Source: Antedon mediterranea (taxonomy: Eukaryota; Animalia; Echinodermata). Taken from it: a DNA stretch of 64,000 nucleotides. This document shows, piece by piece, positions 60,978-64,000 of this stretch. The stretch lies in the NCBI RefSeq assembly GCF_964355755.1, contig NC_092673.1:28269648-28333647 (forward strand). Reading direction: 5' to 3'. Position numbers and translations under genes: made by a program. The notes under the pieces were generated by a model. The model did not search any database. It saw only the letters and a program-made list of their open reading frames with translations, and had not been told where the DNA came from. Numbering within the stretch: position 1 is the first letter of the stretch; every line of letters starts with the position of its first letter.

Positions 60978-63121
60978 ATGCCTCCTAAATTTAAGCGGCA
61001 CCTTAAAGAGAGTGATATGCTTGGATCACGCGAGATTGAGCGAGTATGTTTCAAATTTTATTAGACTTTGATGGAATTAAAGGGGCCAAGCAAGGAGTCG
61101 AAGCCCCTTTTTAAATAAATATATTTATTGTTCAACTACAGTAAATTATTAGTTTTATTCATCATTAATAAAATTATTCTCAATTGAAATTTTTCAGGAA
61201 AATTTACTGGAATATCGTGACGATGATGATGATGATGACGACGATGATTTCTTCCTCAGGAAAAGCCCCTTACCAAATTCATCTAAGTTTGATACTAGTA
61301 TTCAAAGGTACAAGTTTTAAAGCATTTTGCTTGATTATACTGATCAGGATTGTTTAGTCATGTGTAATTCTACTCCACTTTAAAAGACGTGTTTCAAGAC
61401 TTTGTTTTGTGTAGAGCAACTTGTTTTTACTTGCCCGATGGGATGGACTGCCATTTTTGCTCAGGCCAGTCAATTGTTCTTAGCTGTGTGCTGAAAGAAA
61501 TTGTAACAAAGTGGGTGGGAGGGGAGGTGGAGTATTGTGTGGCCTTTAATTGGAGTGCGTGAATATCATTATTGATTCATACTTTTACTAGTCTATTCTT
61601 TGTTTTGCATTTAGGACGCAAAAACAAGTAGATGAAGTAGTAGACGTGATGAGAAATAACGTAGAAAAAGTTCTGGAAAGAGGGGAACAACTTGAAGAAT
61701 TACAAGACAAATCAGGTAAATATTGTAGGATGGCGAAAGTAGAGTATGTATTAACAACAAAAGTAATGAATAATGAATTTATTATATAGTATAAAACTCT
61801 AAATAACGAATCGTGACTTGCCTCTCGTTATTTGGAGTCAGATACTATGTTATTTAAACATTATCAGTGCATCTATTAATTAATTTAATATTACTTTTAA
61901 GTCATTTTAATCCAAATGGTTTTATCTATGCAGGATATTAAAATAAGCTTTAAATGTAAAGTAAATACAATTGCAATGCCTAAAAAGTAAAAAAAAAACC
62001 TCTTTAAAGCTCTGTCTACACTCTCTAACTAGTTTGACAAAAAAAGTTTGATGTGCCCAAATACGAGTGATATGTCATCATCATGTCCATATATGGTCAC
62101 ATCACATTTTATTGTCACATAAAGTTTGATAGTGTAGACAGAGCTTCTTAAATAACCTCTCTTATACAACATCCTCTGTTTTTCTTAACTTTTTCAGATG
62201 ATTTAGCGTTAAGTTCAATGGCCTTCCGTGTCAGTGCTAAAGGGTTACGCTCACACTTTTGGTGGAAGGAATGTAAGGTGGGTTGAACACTGGGATCTAT
62301 TTACTGCATTCCATTTGTTTTCAACTATTCAACTGTGGCCATTTCCCTTAAATATTAAGTATTTAATTTAACTCAATAAATATTTAAGTATTTCTCTTAA
62401 ATTGTATTCACTTAGATAGGAGATTTTTTTTAATTTTAAAGCTAAGTGTTTCCCTTGGCCTAAGTGTGAATGGTGACTACACCCACTGTTTTCTAGTATA
62501 CATACATTTTTTTAATTGTTTATATTTTAAGTGTAAAATCTTCAATTTTCATAAATGTTCATATCTACAGTATGATGAATAAAGTTAATCTACATATATA
62601 CACACTGTTTACAAACAGGATTAAATACTTGTATCATAATTTCTATATGATATAATATATCAATATCATTTTTCTTTCAGACACGCCTTGTGATACTGTT
62701 TGTGGTGTGCATAGTACTATTAGTCATATTTTGTAAGTGTAACACTGAACAAAAAATGTTTTGCTCAACTCATACACAACTTTTTCCAAATACTTATTAC
62801 ATATTTCACCATTGGATAGAGCACCTAAAGATGCCTATCTTATGATAAACATGTTTGCAAACCTCTATCACATAAACAAACATTTCAATCAAATCATTAA
62901 ACGGCGTGTGGATGATATAAATACATTAGTTTGTGGTTGACATGTATGCTTCTAAGGTTCCAGGTTCCAGTCCTTGTCTGTTCACTAAGCTAAAACCACC
63001 ACATTAAGTTATTTTTAGAATGTCTTTTTGTGTATTTGGTATTTAATTGGTTTTTTTTAACTTCTTGATTTTAATTTTTTTTTTTTTCATTTCAGTGCCC
63101 TTGTTTTTGAAGAAGAAATAA
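60978..63121 (+). CDS. VAMP4: Vesicle-associated membrane protein 4; 6 coding exons
   Basis: MPPKFKRHL; dileucine motif EIERENLLE; acidic cluster [10 protein letters not shown]; [36 protein letters not shown]; WWKECK followed by a C-terminal TM. Confidence 0.95.
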
Positions 63122-64000
63122 TTAATCAAGTTTGAAATCTGAACCTTTAATGTCAAATCATACTCAGATCATCAATGTTTAAATTTAAAAACATTTTTCA
63201 AACTTTATTTTTAAGAGAGAATAAATGTACGTATTTGTAAACCATAAAACTAGTATGATCATAATTCATCAAAATAGGTTTTGAATTTATTGTTCCATAT
63301 ATGGAGCAATTGTCAACTTCAACAATGAATTAATTTAAATAAGGAATTAGAAAAGAATGTTGTCTTTATTAATATTTATTTATACTTCTTCTACAGTAAG
63401 TGTAAGGATTAAATGTAGTTTGCTAATTATACTAGTTTTTAATCATTTTTATTTTATTAAGAAAATGCATTCCATAAATTAAAATTTTATTTAGACTTGT
63501 TAATAGACTAAATAAGGGTTTACGGATGTGTGCAAGAGATTTGATATAGGGTTAAGTCAAGCTTAAACAAGAAAGAGTGGTGTTAAAAGCAAGCATATGG
63601 TACTTGAGTCTTCTATTTATTTAGCTTTTGCAAATGTAGACTAAATGGTTCATGTTTGTACAGGATCACTAACTCTATTTATTTCATACGCATCCAACAG
63701 CGAGCACAAATTACAGGGTGGATAAACTATTTTATAATTTATCGTGCTTATAAACTAAGCCTCATTTGAGTGTCATGAGACTAGGCCAGGATTGAACCCA
63801 GACCATTACATTGGAACACCAAGCTACAGCTCCACTACATAAATATGTAAATTATGTACCTTGGAGATTGGTACAGCCATCCTGATTATTGGTTCCAGGT
63901 TAGGATTTGATGTTAAAAAGGCTCTGAAAGAACCCTGTTATATAATGACACTAAGTGACCCATTTGGTAATCCAAATCTACTTAAAACACATACCAAACC

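Overview
This is AT-rich eukaryotic (animal) genomic DNA with spliceosomal introns. It is probably from an invertebrate deuterostome such as an echinoderm, inferred from the SINE types, the MAM/SRCR/LDLa protein and the orphan GPCR. Exon models were built by hand from GT/GC-AG sites and reading phase. Gene order: TSC1 first coding exon (-, gene runs off the left edge); an FMO5-like flavin monooxygenase (+) followed by a degenerate copy of its 3' end; DAXX (+); PSMB1 (-) head-to-head with LSM2 (+); a 24-exon, ~1400-aa type-I membrane receptor (-) with an intronless class A GPCR nested antisense in one intron; SCYL1 (-) head-to-head with VAMP4 (+). The most striking item is the receptor. Its ectodomain is MAM-SRCR-LDLa-MAM-LDLa-MAM-mucin-CUB-like. 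Its tail carries YxxM/YEEI/PPxY motifs, a SAM domain and a C-terminal U-box, making it a candidate receptor-type E3 ubiquitin ligase. The U-box is split over two short exons, so the ORF track shows only its second half. Human orthologues of several neighbours lie in the MHC or its paralogons (DAXX, LSM2, TSC1, FMO, VAMP4). Non-coding DNA is dense in MITEs (Harbinger-, Kolobok-, P-, Mutator- and Tc2-like), tRNA-derived SINEs, LINE fragments and minisatellites. No database searches were run; all homology calls come from recognising motifs by eye.
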